From: Mobula hypostoma
Lineage: Eukaryota
DNA length: 64,000 bases
NCBI RefSeq assembly: GCF_963921235.1
Contig: NC_086097.1
Coordinates: 121,088,001-121,152,000, forward strand
Direction: 5' to 3'
Shown piece after piece: positions 37,857 to 49,399 of this stretch; the first letter of the stretch is position 1, and the number at the start of each line of letters is the position of its first letter. Both the position numbers and the translations under genes were made by a program. The notes under the pieces were generated by a model. That model searched no databases. It was not told the DNA's origin and saw only the letters and a program-made list of their open reading frames with translations.

Positions 37857-38264
37857 GCACCTCTTCCTATAGATGCTGCTTGGCCTGCTGCGTTCACCAG
37901 CAACTTTGATGTATGTTGCTTGAATTTCCAGCATCTGCAGAATTCCTGTTGTTTGCGTTTAAATATCCAAACTTAACAGGCACTGCATCCATTTGTCTAA
38001 AGTTCAAAGTTCAAATAAACCTATTATCACACTACATATGTGTCACCATATACTACCCTGAGATTTATTTTCTTGCAGGCATTCACAGTATGATAATAAA
38101 ATTAAATAAAAACCACACACAAAGACTGACAAAAAAAATCAATGTACACAAGACAAACTGTGCAAATAAACAAAAAACAAATAATAGTACAGACAGATAG
38201 AACAGTACAATAGTACAGATAGGCATGTCAGCCAATAGCATCCCCCAATGGGAATAAGGAAAGA

Positions 38265-38915
38265 AGCTGGCAGGTGAGTGGAAAAGGCAAACAGCTGGAG
38301 AAGGAGGAATCTGATAGAAGAGTGGACAGCATCGTGGGAGAAAGGGAGAGAGTGGCACCAGGAGGAAGTGATAGGTAGGTGAAGATGCAAGATGCCAGAG
38401 TAAGGAAATGAAGTAGAGGGAAGGGGAGGGGAAAAATAACCAGAAGTTAGAGAAACTGATACTCATGCCATTAAATTGGACAGAATATAAGGTGCTGCTC
38501 CACCAACCTGAGAGTAGCCTCATCGGGGCAGAAGACGGGACTATGGACAAAGGGTTGGAATTGGAATGAGGATAGGAATTAAAATGATCGGCCACCAGAA
38601 AATTCCACTCTTTGCAGATGGAACTGATGTGTCTGACAAATCTACGTCAGCTCTAGCCACTGTAGAGGGAGGCCACATCGGGAACACCGGACACGGCAGA
38701 CAACCCCAAAAGATTCGCAGGTGAAGTGTTGCCTCACCTGAAAAGGGTGTTTGGGGCCCTTAATGGGGGTGAAGGAGGAGGTGAATGGGCAGGTGCAGCA
38801 CTTCTGCCACTTTCAGGGAATAGTGCCAGGAGAGAGATTAGAAATGGATCAGGGAATCATGGAGGGAGCAGTGGCTGCTGAAAGCAGAGAGTGGGGGAAG
38901 GTACAGATGTGTTTG
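38265..38915 (-). mobile_element. Older Penelope-like element fragment
   Basis: Decayed homolog of 36700-37440 (caggtgaagtgttgcctcacctg, atataaggtgctgctccaccaacctgag). Confidence 0.75.
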
Positions 38916-39437
38916 GTGAATGATCACCGGAAAGTGATTACCCCTGATGGACCCCATGATGAGTCTGTTAAGAGTGCAGATTCCTCAAGAGTGGTGGTCA
39001 ACTAAACAGAAGGCTTGATCTGAGGAATTCAAATCTCAGGTGGGCAGAAATTAGTTGTTCTGATTGAACAGCAAATCCATTGATTGAAAGTTCTAAATAC
39101 TATCCACATTACCTTAATAGCTGTGACCCATAGTTAACCATGCATATAATACTTTACCCTGTCCATCAATCAAAATCCTGCAAAACTGCAAATCTCACCC
39201 TCCACCCTTAAAAGTATCTGCTGTAGTATTCCCAAAGCTGTCATAGCACTCAACATATTTTTGGTAGCATTCCAGTAAATCTCCCCTCTGCATTCTCTAT
39301 GGCCATGGCAACTTTCTGCACTTGTGGTATGCAGAGTGTCCAGGTGCAAATTTATCAATGATTTTTTAAAGTTTCTTCTTGTACCCGATACCTCCGGTTC
39401 TGAAGTTTATAAAGGCAAAGAGATGTGATTTAAACAA

Positions 39438-40250
39438 AAGATTCAAGATACAAGTTTATTAGTCATGTATACATCAAAGTGTAGTGAAATACACTTGAGT
39501 GTGTTCTAAAATGCATCGCTTGCATTAACAACCAACACACCAGAGGATGTGCTGAGGGTAGCATAGTGTTGCCACACATTTCAGCACCAACATAGCGTGC
39601 CCACCATGCTCAACACGACAACACAAAACACAACAAGCAACAACAGTAGCAAATCTCTTTCACACACACTTTTAACCCTGGGACACACCTCCAGACATTG
39701 AACTTTAACCTCCCCAGTAGACTTGTAGTGATTCACAGACTCGGCTCCAGACAAAGGGCCTACACTTTCAGGCTTCCACTTCGTCTCTCTGACCTTAACC
39801 CTCAGCAATGATCCAAGGACACGCCGATAACTGAACACCAGGCCTCACACTCCAAACTTTCCAAAGACGGTACACCAATCACTAGGCATCAAGACCATTC
39901 TCACTAGTTCACAAACCCATGGCGGCAGTGGAAGTTGTTCCTCCTGCCCGCATGAATCCAACTCTGAATTCACCGACAACACACTGACCTGAAGGTGACA
40001 CGATCCAAGTCCATGTGAGGTCACACGTCCATGTCACTGGCCTTCAAGCACAGACCGGAAACAGATTCCAGCCTGACCTCTAATATCCCCACATCCATGT
40101 CCCTAATCCCTCACTTGAGTCCTAACGCTCTTCTACATCCCCAAAATCATTCCGATGAAACCCCAAAAAAAACTGTTAAAATTAAACAATTAAAAAACAA
40201 CTAAATCTGAGATGCAACTCAACAGATGTCACAATTCAGTGTCATCTTGA
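39438..40250 (-). mobile_element. Non-autonomous retroposon, longest copy of the (ttgaatc)n-tailed family
   Basis: 3' part shared with 11262 and 15290; 5' boundary tentative at caagatgacactg. Confidence 0.5.
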
Positions 40251-41118
40251 AACTTGGATTAAATGCCAAAGTTGCTGCTAAAAGACAGACTGTGAATTAT
40301 AGTCTTCTTATGGCCCAGTGTGAAATAGTTGTTAACCACAACAGTTTTGTTTTTGTCTCTTATTCATTTTTGGAACCAAACTGCCAACAGCTCAAATTTC
40401 ACTGAAGAAGGCATGTCAATAAATGGAAACCAAACACCTTTTGTTAGTTACTGTGATTACAGCATCTTCCTGAAACATCTTACGCACTGGAGGGACTCGA
40501 GTTTGTTAAACATGATTTGCCATTAATAAATCTGTTGGTTGTCATCTATTAATCCACATTTTTAAAAATTTTAATTTTGAAAAACTTGCCCATGGTTTTT
40601 TTTTTAATGACAATTACGATTTCTAATCCTCTTATCCATGAAGAATTGAGAAGTCAGATCAAGGTATTTGTTTTTCCCCTCAATTCTCATGGCAGCCCAG
40701 ACTGCATTTCATACTAGTTAAGTGACTTTTCTACTACTGAGAACCTTCGTGAATCAGTTTGTATGCTATCCAATTTTTCTAACCTTTCTTTTCAGTAAAT
40801 TTACATCTGCTTTAATGAGCTAAAAAAAGCATGTGCCGAAGTACAGATTTAACACCTCAACCTGCCTCTGCACGATTTCCTTTCTGGGTCTTAATGGGCT
40901 CCACCCTTCCTGTCACTGTCCTTCACCATATGCGTGTTTATGACATGCTTTACTGTCCCCAAAGATGCTTTTCTTCTTTTCTCTTTATTTCTTTTCTCAC
41001 TTCCTCTCTGCACTTTCTAGATTTGCCTGTTCTTCGTGCTGAACCGTAAAATTTAGCCTTAGCCTCTCTTTTTGCGCTTTCATTGCAACTTGCTCTAAGT
41101 AGTTCAAGCGTTAAATGC

Positions 41119-42949
41119 AACACACATAAAAGTTGCTGGTGAACGCAGCAGGCCAGGCAGCATCTCTAGGAAGAGGTGCAGTCGACATTTCAGGCCGAGA
41201 CCCTTCGGCAGGACTAACTAAATAAAGAGTGAGTAAGGGATTTTAAAGTTGGAGGGGGAGGGGGAGATCCAAAATGATAGGAGAAGACAGGAGGGGTAGG
41301 GATGGAGCCAAGAGCTGGACAGGTGATAGGCAAAAGGGGATACGAGAGGATCATGGGACAGGAGGTCCGGGAAGAAAGACAAGGGGTGGGGTGTGACCCA
41401 GAGGATGGGCAAGGGGTATATTCAAAGGGACAGAGGGAGAAAAAGGAGAGTGAGAGAAAGAATGTGTGTATAAAAATGAGTAACAGATGGGGTACGAGGG
41501 AGAGGTGGGGCATTAGCGGAAGTTAGAGAAGTCGATGTTCATGCCATCAGGTTGGAGGCTACCCAGACGGAATATAAGGTGTTGTTCCTCCAACCTGAGG
41601 GTGGCTTCATCTTTACAGTAGAGGAGGCCGTGGATAGACATGTCAGAATGGGAATGGGATGTGGAATTAAAATGTGTGGCCACTGTCTCTTGCAAAAACG
41701 CCATCCCCTTCTCGCAATTCCTCCGTCTCCGCCGCATCTGCTCTCAGGATGAGGCTTTTCATTCTAGGACGAGGGAGATGTCTTCCTTTTTTAAAGAAAG
41801 GGGCTTCCCTTCCTCCACTATCAACTCTGCTCTTAAACGCATCTCCCCCATTTCACGTACATCTGCTCTCACTCCATCCTCCCGCCACCCCACTAGGAAT
41901 AGGGTTCCCCTGGTCCTCACCTACCACCCCACCAGCCTCCGGGTCCAACATATTATTCTCCGTAACTTCCGCCACCTCCAACGGGATCCCACCACTAAGC
42001 ACATCTTTCCCTCCCCCCCCCTGCATTCCGCAGGGATCGCTCCCTACGCAACTCCCTTGTCCATTCGTCCTCCCCATCCCTCCCCACTGATCTCTCTCCT
42101 GGCACTTATCCGTGTAAGCGGAACAAGTGCTACACATGCCCTTACACTTCCTCCCTTAAAACCATTCAGGGCCACAAACAGTCCTTCCAGGTGAGGCAAC
42201 ACTTCACCTGTGAGCCGACTGGGGTGATATACTGCGTCCGGTGCTCCCGATGTGGCCTTTTATATATTGGCGAGACCCGACGCAGACTGGGAGACCGCTT
42301 TGCTGAACATCTACGCTCTGTCCGCCAGAGAAAGCAGGATCTCCCAGTGGCCACACATTTTAATTCCACATCCCATTCCCATTCTGACATGTCTATCCAC
42401 CGCCTCCTCTACTGTAAAGATGAAGCCACACTCAGGTTGGAGGAACAACACCTTATATTCCGTCTGGGTAGCCTCCAACCTGATGGCATGAACATCGACT
42501 TCTCTAACTTCCGCTAATGCCCCACCTCCCCCTCGTACCCCATCTGTTACTTATTTTTATACACACATTCTTTCTCTCACTCTCCTTTTTCTCCCCTCTG
42601 TCCCTTTGAATATACCCCTTGCCCATCCTCTGGGTCCCCCCCCCAACCTCCTTGTCTTTCTTCCCGGACCTCCTGTCCCATGATCCTCTCGTATCCCTTT
42701 TGCCTATCACCTGTCCAGCTCTTGGCTCCATCCCTCCCCCTCCTGTCTTCTCCTATCATTTTGGATCTCCCCCTCCCCCTCCAACTTTAAAATCCCTTAC
42801 TCACTCTTCCTTCAGTTAGTCCTGACGAAGGGTCTCGGCCTGAAACGTCGACTGCACCTCTTCCTAGAGATGCTGCCTGGCCTGCTGTGTTCCACCAGCA
42901 ACTTTTATGTGTGTTGCTTGAATTTCCAGCATCTGCAGAATTCCTGTTG
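41119..42949. mobile_element. Young Penelope-like (Neptune-type) element, head-to-head inverted arms (41119-41685 minus, 41686-42949 plus)
   Basis: C-terminal RT region (KNAIPFSQFLRLRRICS, RVPLVLTYHP) plus GIY-YIG at 42191-42517; 14-bp TSD caagcgttaaatgc (41105-41118 / 42950-42963). Confidence 0.93.
42818..42853 (+). ncRNA. Minimal type I hammerhead ribozyme motif
   Basis: agtc-ctgacga-agggtctcggcct-gaaa-cg-tc-gact; predicted cleavage after 42849. Confidence 0.75.
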
Positions 42950-44468
42950 CAAGCGTTAAATGCCTTATCTTTTCCCATGAGCCCTTCACAGTAATTTGCC
43001 AAACATGTAAAGGAAGCATTTCTTCCATTAAGCCCTCCTATCAGTTTTATCTGATGGACTCTGATTGTATTCCACCTAGGTCAGACCTACTCTACATTAA
43101 TGAATTGAGCCCTCGAGATTCGACACTTCCACTCTTCTACGCATCGCTTCACTTTGAATATCCCACTCATTTTTCGCACACGTTCCAAACTTAATGGTGT
43201 GTGATCAATATTTTTCAGATGTTCTCCAACCAGAACATGCTCCAACTATCCTACTTTCTAATATTAAAAATAACATTGTAAACTGATTTTTCTTTAATGC
43301 TTCTGAAAGTTCAGACACACAAAGGTTGTTCTAAAATGTTTTAATGCGATATTTAATTAAAGATTTCACAAACATCCATACTTCCAGATGGATGTGTCTG
43401 AAAGCTGATGGAACACGTGTTCCTTCCAATAAAACTAAAGCTGCTGTAGTGTATTTTCCAGTATACCATGGTATACCTGTCTGTGAATTGAGGTTCACAT
43501 GATATCGATATCCAAGTCAACTAGAATGGTGAGCAGTTAGCCGTTGTTACTTGAGTGAATAGACAAAAAGCAATTGAAATTTGCAGTCATTAGTCCTGCT
43601 GTTCTCATGAAATCATGTTTTCCAAATATGGGTACAGCTATGAGTGTTACCACAGACATCACTAAACAATCTAAAACTGCGAGAAGGGAATGAAGGTTTT
43701 AAATTCAGAAACCTTACATGGGTAATACATTTATTTACACTTGGCAAGTGTGGCAAAGAACTGTTATTGGTTGTAGCTGAATCTTGGCTCCTATAAGGTA
43801 TCCACGACACTGGTATGAACTGCAGCAAATGATTAACACAACAGCATCAATCACCTTCCACCAAAAATAAATATCCTTATTATAGTGACAAGGAGAGGTT
43901 GCATAAATTCATATCAATAGCATTCTCTCCAGTGTGCTTGGCAGCTTCGTGAAGACAGAAGACAGTGCTTTTTAATTACACCACAATATCATCTAGTAAC
44001 TTGGTTTCCTTGGAGCATCTTGTTTGGAAATCCGATACTAATTATGTAATGCTGCAAGCTGCTGTGGCTTGAGTCAGTGATTAGAGAATCCAAAGTGACT
44101 ATATCAGTTTTATGATGGTAACAATGTTAGGGATAATTCCAGAATTATGAAATTGTGTGTAATTCAAGCAAGAACCAGTCTTCAATTCTTAATGCACTGC
44201 AAGCAGAAATCAGTTTGAAGTTAAAAGTGCAGCACTGTCTACAGATTGCAGGCTGCTGGCCCACAGGTTTAAAAACTGAAGGGGCCACGAGGCATTCTCA
44301 TCTGCATCAGTCAAGCATAAAACAATGGGGGTATGTTAATTGGCCTGCATCGAATCAGGCAACACTTGAGTTATTTGCACCAGTGTGACAAAGTTCAAGT
44401 TGGCAGACCAAACTGATGTTATCACTTAGCATATCGAATACGGTCACAGGTATATTCATCAATCAATT

Positions 44469-46187
44469 CACCCTATCCTCGTTATATGCGTCCTCACACA
44501 ATGCAGAACCAGAGTTATGCTAGGAACCCATTTCTACCAATTTCTCATTATATGCGTCCAAAACTTAGTTATGCGAGGAGCACTGCTTTTCCAAAAATAC
44601 AAGTCACGTGCGCACGCCTCACAGTCTCACTCCCGCATTGGTTTCGGCAACGTAAGGACGTGCAATCTTGCGCTCTTAAACTTTTGTGTTTTTACCTACG
44701 GTGCAGTGATTTTGTGCTTGAAATATTTAACTATGCCTCCTAAGCGTCCGATGTCAAGTCCTGGGCCATAAGCCAAGCGGCAGAGAACCGCTTTAACACT
44801 TGGAAAATAAGTTGGAAATTATAAACAGGGCAGCGTCAGGTGAAGTTAACACAGCTCTGGGACACTACCCTGTGCAGTTACTGGCTATGATAGCTGAATT
44901 AGGCATCATACCAAAGCAGGTGTTTAATGCAGACGAGACCGGGCTTTTTTGGAAGCGTATGGTGAAACACATTTACGTAAGTATGGATGAAAAAATGGCC
45001 TCAGGTTTCAAGGCAGCAAAGGATAGATTGACTTTGCTTATGTGTTCCAATGCCGAAGGAGACTGTAAGATGAAGCCTCTCTTAGTTTACCATTCACTAA
45101 ACCCCCATGCCCTTAAGGGTTTGAGTAAGAATATGCTTCCTTAACAAGAAAGCATGGGTCACTGGTCAAATCTTTGAAGATTGGTTTGCTAATCATTTTG
45201 CTGTTGAGGCTGAACCCTACTGCCGGGAACAGAATCTTGCCTTTAAAGTTCTTTTGTTGCTTGACAATGCGCCAGCCCATCCTAAACATTTGGACAGCAT
45301 TCATCCTAACATAACAGTGCGTTTCCTGCCGCCTAACACAACATCGCTGATTCAACCACTCGACCAAGGTGTGACATCCACATTCAAGGCGTTTTTTTTA
45401 ACGGAGAACTGTCTCTCAGATGCTGCAAGGAACAGACCATTTTGAAAATCCTGGGAGTTTACCAACGGTGAGGGAATGGTGGAAGTCCTTCAACATCAGA
45501 CATGCCATCAACAACGTTGATGAATCCTGGAAAGAGCCAGGTCTTCCACTCTGAAGCAACTGGCAGAATTTTTTTTAAGGCTGTGGAACACTTGGCACAA
45601 ATGGCGATGGACATGGACCCAAGTTTAGAACGGAGTCAGCATTTCAGTCGTTCCCTGCAGTCAAGCTTTCTTCCCTACAAGCAAATTTATGCTGAAAAAC
45701 AAAATGCTGCCAAGTAAACAGTCCTCAACCACTTTCTTCAAACTGGTGTCATCTCCTGTTGCCAGCAGTACTGAGAGTTTTGTGAGTCTTCCTTCACCCC
45801 TTGCTGTCCTTGATGATCCTGACGACAGACAACCATCCATCTCATCCATGTAAAGCTGCCCGACACCACAACAACCAGTCATCTCCCGGAGTCAACACAC
45901 CTGCCACTGTTGGTGAGTACTGTACACCCTAGTATGTTAACTTTCTATGATTTATTACGTTGAATATGACCTTAAATTGATGAAATATAATACGAATATT
46001 GCCTTGTGGTACTGCTTTTGTGTCATATTGGTATGAAAATGTGAATAAATTACAGATAAAACATATTTAGGAAGCCCTCAAGAACGCATCCCTATTTTCT
46101 CTATTTAAATAATTATTCACATTCTGCATTTTCACATCATGCGTCGACTTCGAGAACATATTCCCCGCATATAACGAGGATAGGGTG
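44469..46187 (+). mobile_element. pogo/Tigger DNA transposon, internally deleted
   Basis: Perfect 22-bp TIRs caccctatcctcgttatatgcg (44469-44490 / 46166-46187), TA at the right end; DDE motifs VFNADETGLFWK, KDRLTLLMCSNAEG, LLDNAPAHP, FLPPNTTSLIQPLDQG; stops and frameshifts. Confidence 0.92.
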
Positions 46188-46510
46188 TAGTTGGGCTACT
46201 TGAGTCAGCCCAGACAACATTAATTTTAGATGTTTGGAATCTTTTAGACCATCTGTGTGAATTACATTGCCCAAGCAAAGGTCTTTGAACTTCCAGAGAT
46301 GTCTCCCACTGTAGATATGTGATTCAAAAGAAGCACCTGAAGTAAATAAGATCATTGCAATGATTGAAATTGCACTGAATCATCGGCTGTTATCGTTGAT
46401 CTTTGGAGTTTCAAGTTTTGGAGACTATCAAGAGGGTGTCCGGGAGAATGCCTGCTTCTGATGAATCAAGGCCTTTAAATCACCAGCTTCAGTCTCTCTC
46501 TGGCGATTTC

Positions 46511-47100
46511 CAGTGCCTTTTAAAATTATTCAGCCCCCACAAATAGTTTCACATTATACAGTCTCATTTTCTAAATTTAAAATATATTGGAACTTTCCTC
46601 AGGTCCAATACTATATACTACCTTACCAACTCACCCAGTTTGTCGATGTTGACAATTGGAAGACCACCTGTTGTCAATGAATTCGTAAGAATAAATACCC
46701 TCTCTCTCAGTATGGTAGATTTTCAACAGACCAAACCAAGATGGCAACCTCAAGATTGCTGTCCACCGATGCTCCCCAACTAACCTGGCAGAGATTGAGA
46801 AATTTTGCAAGGAGGAATAGGCAAATCCTGCTCTATCACATTGTACAAAGCTAATAGAGATTTACCCAAAAAGACTACTGGCTGTAATAGCTGCAAGAGA
46901 TGCTTCAACTAAGTACTGAGCAAAGGGGAGATGAATATTTTTGAACTGCTCTCATTTCAGCTTTTGAATTCTTATTTTGTGATGCTTTACAATTTTCCCT
47001 GGTTTTTTTCTTGGGCTCCACTGGGAAAAAGGAGCATATGATGTACAAAAAAAAATCTCAGTTATATTGATCAAAATCCCTGGCTGTTTCACATACCTTG
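46511..47100 (+). mobile_element. Deleted Tc1 copy related to 33594-36103
   Basis: cagtgccttttaaaattattcagccccc end and colinear internal blocks. Confidence 0.8.
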
Positions 47101-47282
47101 GCGGTGATCATTGCTTGTGCCTCACAAAAACCTCCCACAGGTTCATAAAAACACATCGTAACACTGATTCCCATAATAAGTTCAATTTTGTCAGAGTATT
47201 TAGCAGTTCAGATATACATTCACATCATTTAATTTTCACATTGTGGCAATGAAGCCCCTTGAACACCTGCTTAAAAACAATG

Positions 47283-48148
47283 TGTGACGAGAATACACAT
47301 AAAAATTAAGATGTTTGCTGGCCTGGGTTAGCATCAGTAACATCAGCAAGTGGTCTGCCACCTGCCCTCAGGGGAAGGAGAGATAAGGAACAATGGAGCA
47401 GTGTCTGGAGATGTGTAATGAAGGGACGTGGAAGAGAGAGAGCTGTCTGGAGCGGCTCCCCCTTTGAACCCTGAACTGTTTGAAGTGATGGACAGGCGAT
47501 GCCCCAGCAGGGGGATAAAAAGGGACAGGTTCGCTAAGGCAAGACACACACGACACCCGAGGTAACGAGACCCTGGAAGCGGTGCGCCTCTCACGAGTGG
47601 GTGAGAAGTATCAGACAACGGCCAGGGTGGAAAGGTACAATCAGCGGGAACCCGGTGTGTGTCCGCCCTTGCCTGGGTGCCGGGTTCACTGCAGAGGATT
47701 GACCGCATCTGGAGGAGGGGTCACAGTCGGTGACCTCAGGTGACATCACCAAGGACCCGCCCAAAAGCTGCTTGTGAGCCATCTCGCCGGTCTGTGAGTG
47801 AAGCCGTGTCTGAATGATCAGTTGTTCCTGTTCTCTCTCTCTCCCCCCGCAGGTTGTCCATCGCCATGGCAACGATTACTGCGAACTGAACTACTAAAAC
47901 TGGACTGAACTTTGAGTCACTTTGAAATTTGGTCATTTACCCCTAGACAACGATAGACCTTGATTGATGCTGTTATCTTAATTCTGTGCACATGTGTGTT
48001 TATCATCGCTGAACTGTTGCATTTATTATCCTTTCGATTACTGTGTTGCTTGTTTCTTTAATAAAACTTTCTTAGTTCTAGTACTCCAGACTCCAACTGA
48101 GTGATCCATTTCTGCTGGTTTGGCAACCCAGTTACGGGGTACGTAACA
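47283..48148 (+). mobile_element. Solo LTR (866 bp)
   Basis: TGTGACG...CGTAACA inverted termini, 4-bp TSD aatg (47279-47282 / 48149-48152), TATA-like gataaaaa near 47514, AATAAA near 48060, CpG-rich. Confidence 0.88.
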
Positions 48149-48796
48149 AATGTGAAAAAGTATCTGCTGCATTAACCACAAGTATGAAGAGATCATTTTG
48201 GTTATTGATATTGTATGCTCTCTAATGAAAACATGATTTCATATTAGCAACTTGGAAAACAACTGTGTATAGTGCATGCCTTTATCTGTGAAGTAATGTT
48301 GATTATCAATGTTTAACTGAACCTGTGTGCACTGTACGAGGTTGAGAGGAACTTGGCTGCTTACAGATCTGCAAAGAGATCATGAGATGTCAACATGGAT
48401 ATTGCTCACCACTGGCTACCCAGCTATGAGTAATTTTATGATCAACTCATAATCTCATTGCTTATCAGTCCTGGATACTGCCACAATTTGGATTGCCCAT
48501 ACGCTTTGGGTAACTTCCACCAAGACAGTTTTATTTTCTAATTTGTACTGCTCTACCTGTTTTTTTTTTCCAGTGAATATGGCAGAGGCCATGGTGTATA
48601 AGATCACTCTTATACCTTGCAGCTTATAACATCTGTGAATGTTTCTTTAAAAATCTCACTTCTATTGTGGAATGTACAATTTCAGAATATTCCCATGGAC
48701 CCGAAACATACCCATCCAAGTGAGCTTCAGATTTCTTGGCCAACTTCTGCCTTGAAGCACTGTTGTTCGGTACATTCTGTCAAGCTAGCTAACTGA

Positions 48797-49165
48797 ATTC
48801 TGGCTCCCTTCTCTTCTCCTCACCTGCCCACCACCTCCCACAGATGCTCCCTCCCCCCTCCCTTTCTTCCATGATCCACGCTTCACTCCTATTATTGGAT
48901 TGCTTCTTCAGCCCTTTACCTCTTCTATTTATCCCTACCCAACTTCTCATTTAATCCCCACTCCCACCCAACTTCCCCCTCACGTGATTTCACCTATCAC
49001 CGGCCAGCTTATACTCCTTCCCCTCCTACCTTCTTATTTTGGCTTCTTCCTTTCCAGTCTTGATGTAGGGTCTCAGACTGAGACTTTGACTGTCTATTCC
49101 CCTCCATAGATACTTCCTAACCTCCTGAGTTCCTCCAGTATTTTGACTGTGTTGCTCTAAATTTT
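48797..49165 (+). mobile_element. Old Penelope-like pLTR fragment
   Basis: Pyrimidine-rich body, degenerate hammerhead agtcttgatgtagggtctcagactgagactttgact, and gagttcctccagtatttt. Confidence 0.65.
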
Positions 49166-49399
49166 CTCCTCTTGTTCTCTCTATGCAGGGCAAAACAATC
49201 AAGCAATGCATCAATTTACGTTTTTACCAAATGAATATTGATTTGTACTGCAATGTTAAAATTTCATTGCTTTCCATGAGTCGCACAGATGATGTACACC
49301 AATGGCTTTAAATATTTTTTTCCTGGATTTTCTTGTCATAAAGAACATTTTCTTGGAAGAGAATTCCCTTCATTGCACAGGTTGCATAAGCAGGCATGC

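Larger units (their letters stand above)
36530..37962. mobile_element. Young Penelope-like (Neptune-type) element, head-to-head inverted arms (36530-37460 minus, 37461-37962 plus)
   Basis: GIY-YIG domain GVIYCVRCSRCGLLYIGETRRRLGDRFAEH...HFN...LEEQHLIFRLGSLQPDGMN preceded by the Cys linker CKRNKCYTC; 14-bp TSD atatccaaacttaa (36516-36529 / 37963-37976). Confidence 0.93.

Noticed and set aside
41119..42949. Large-TIR DNA transposon, or an assembly fold-back artefact
   Set aside because: The arms are retroelement 3' ends encoding GIY-YIG, differ by several substitutions and indels, and are bounded by exact TSDs.
44733..45717. Possible domesticated TIGD/CENP-B-like gene
   Set aside because: Stops, frameshifts, a deleted DNA-binding region and intact TIRs mark it as a dead transposon.
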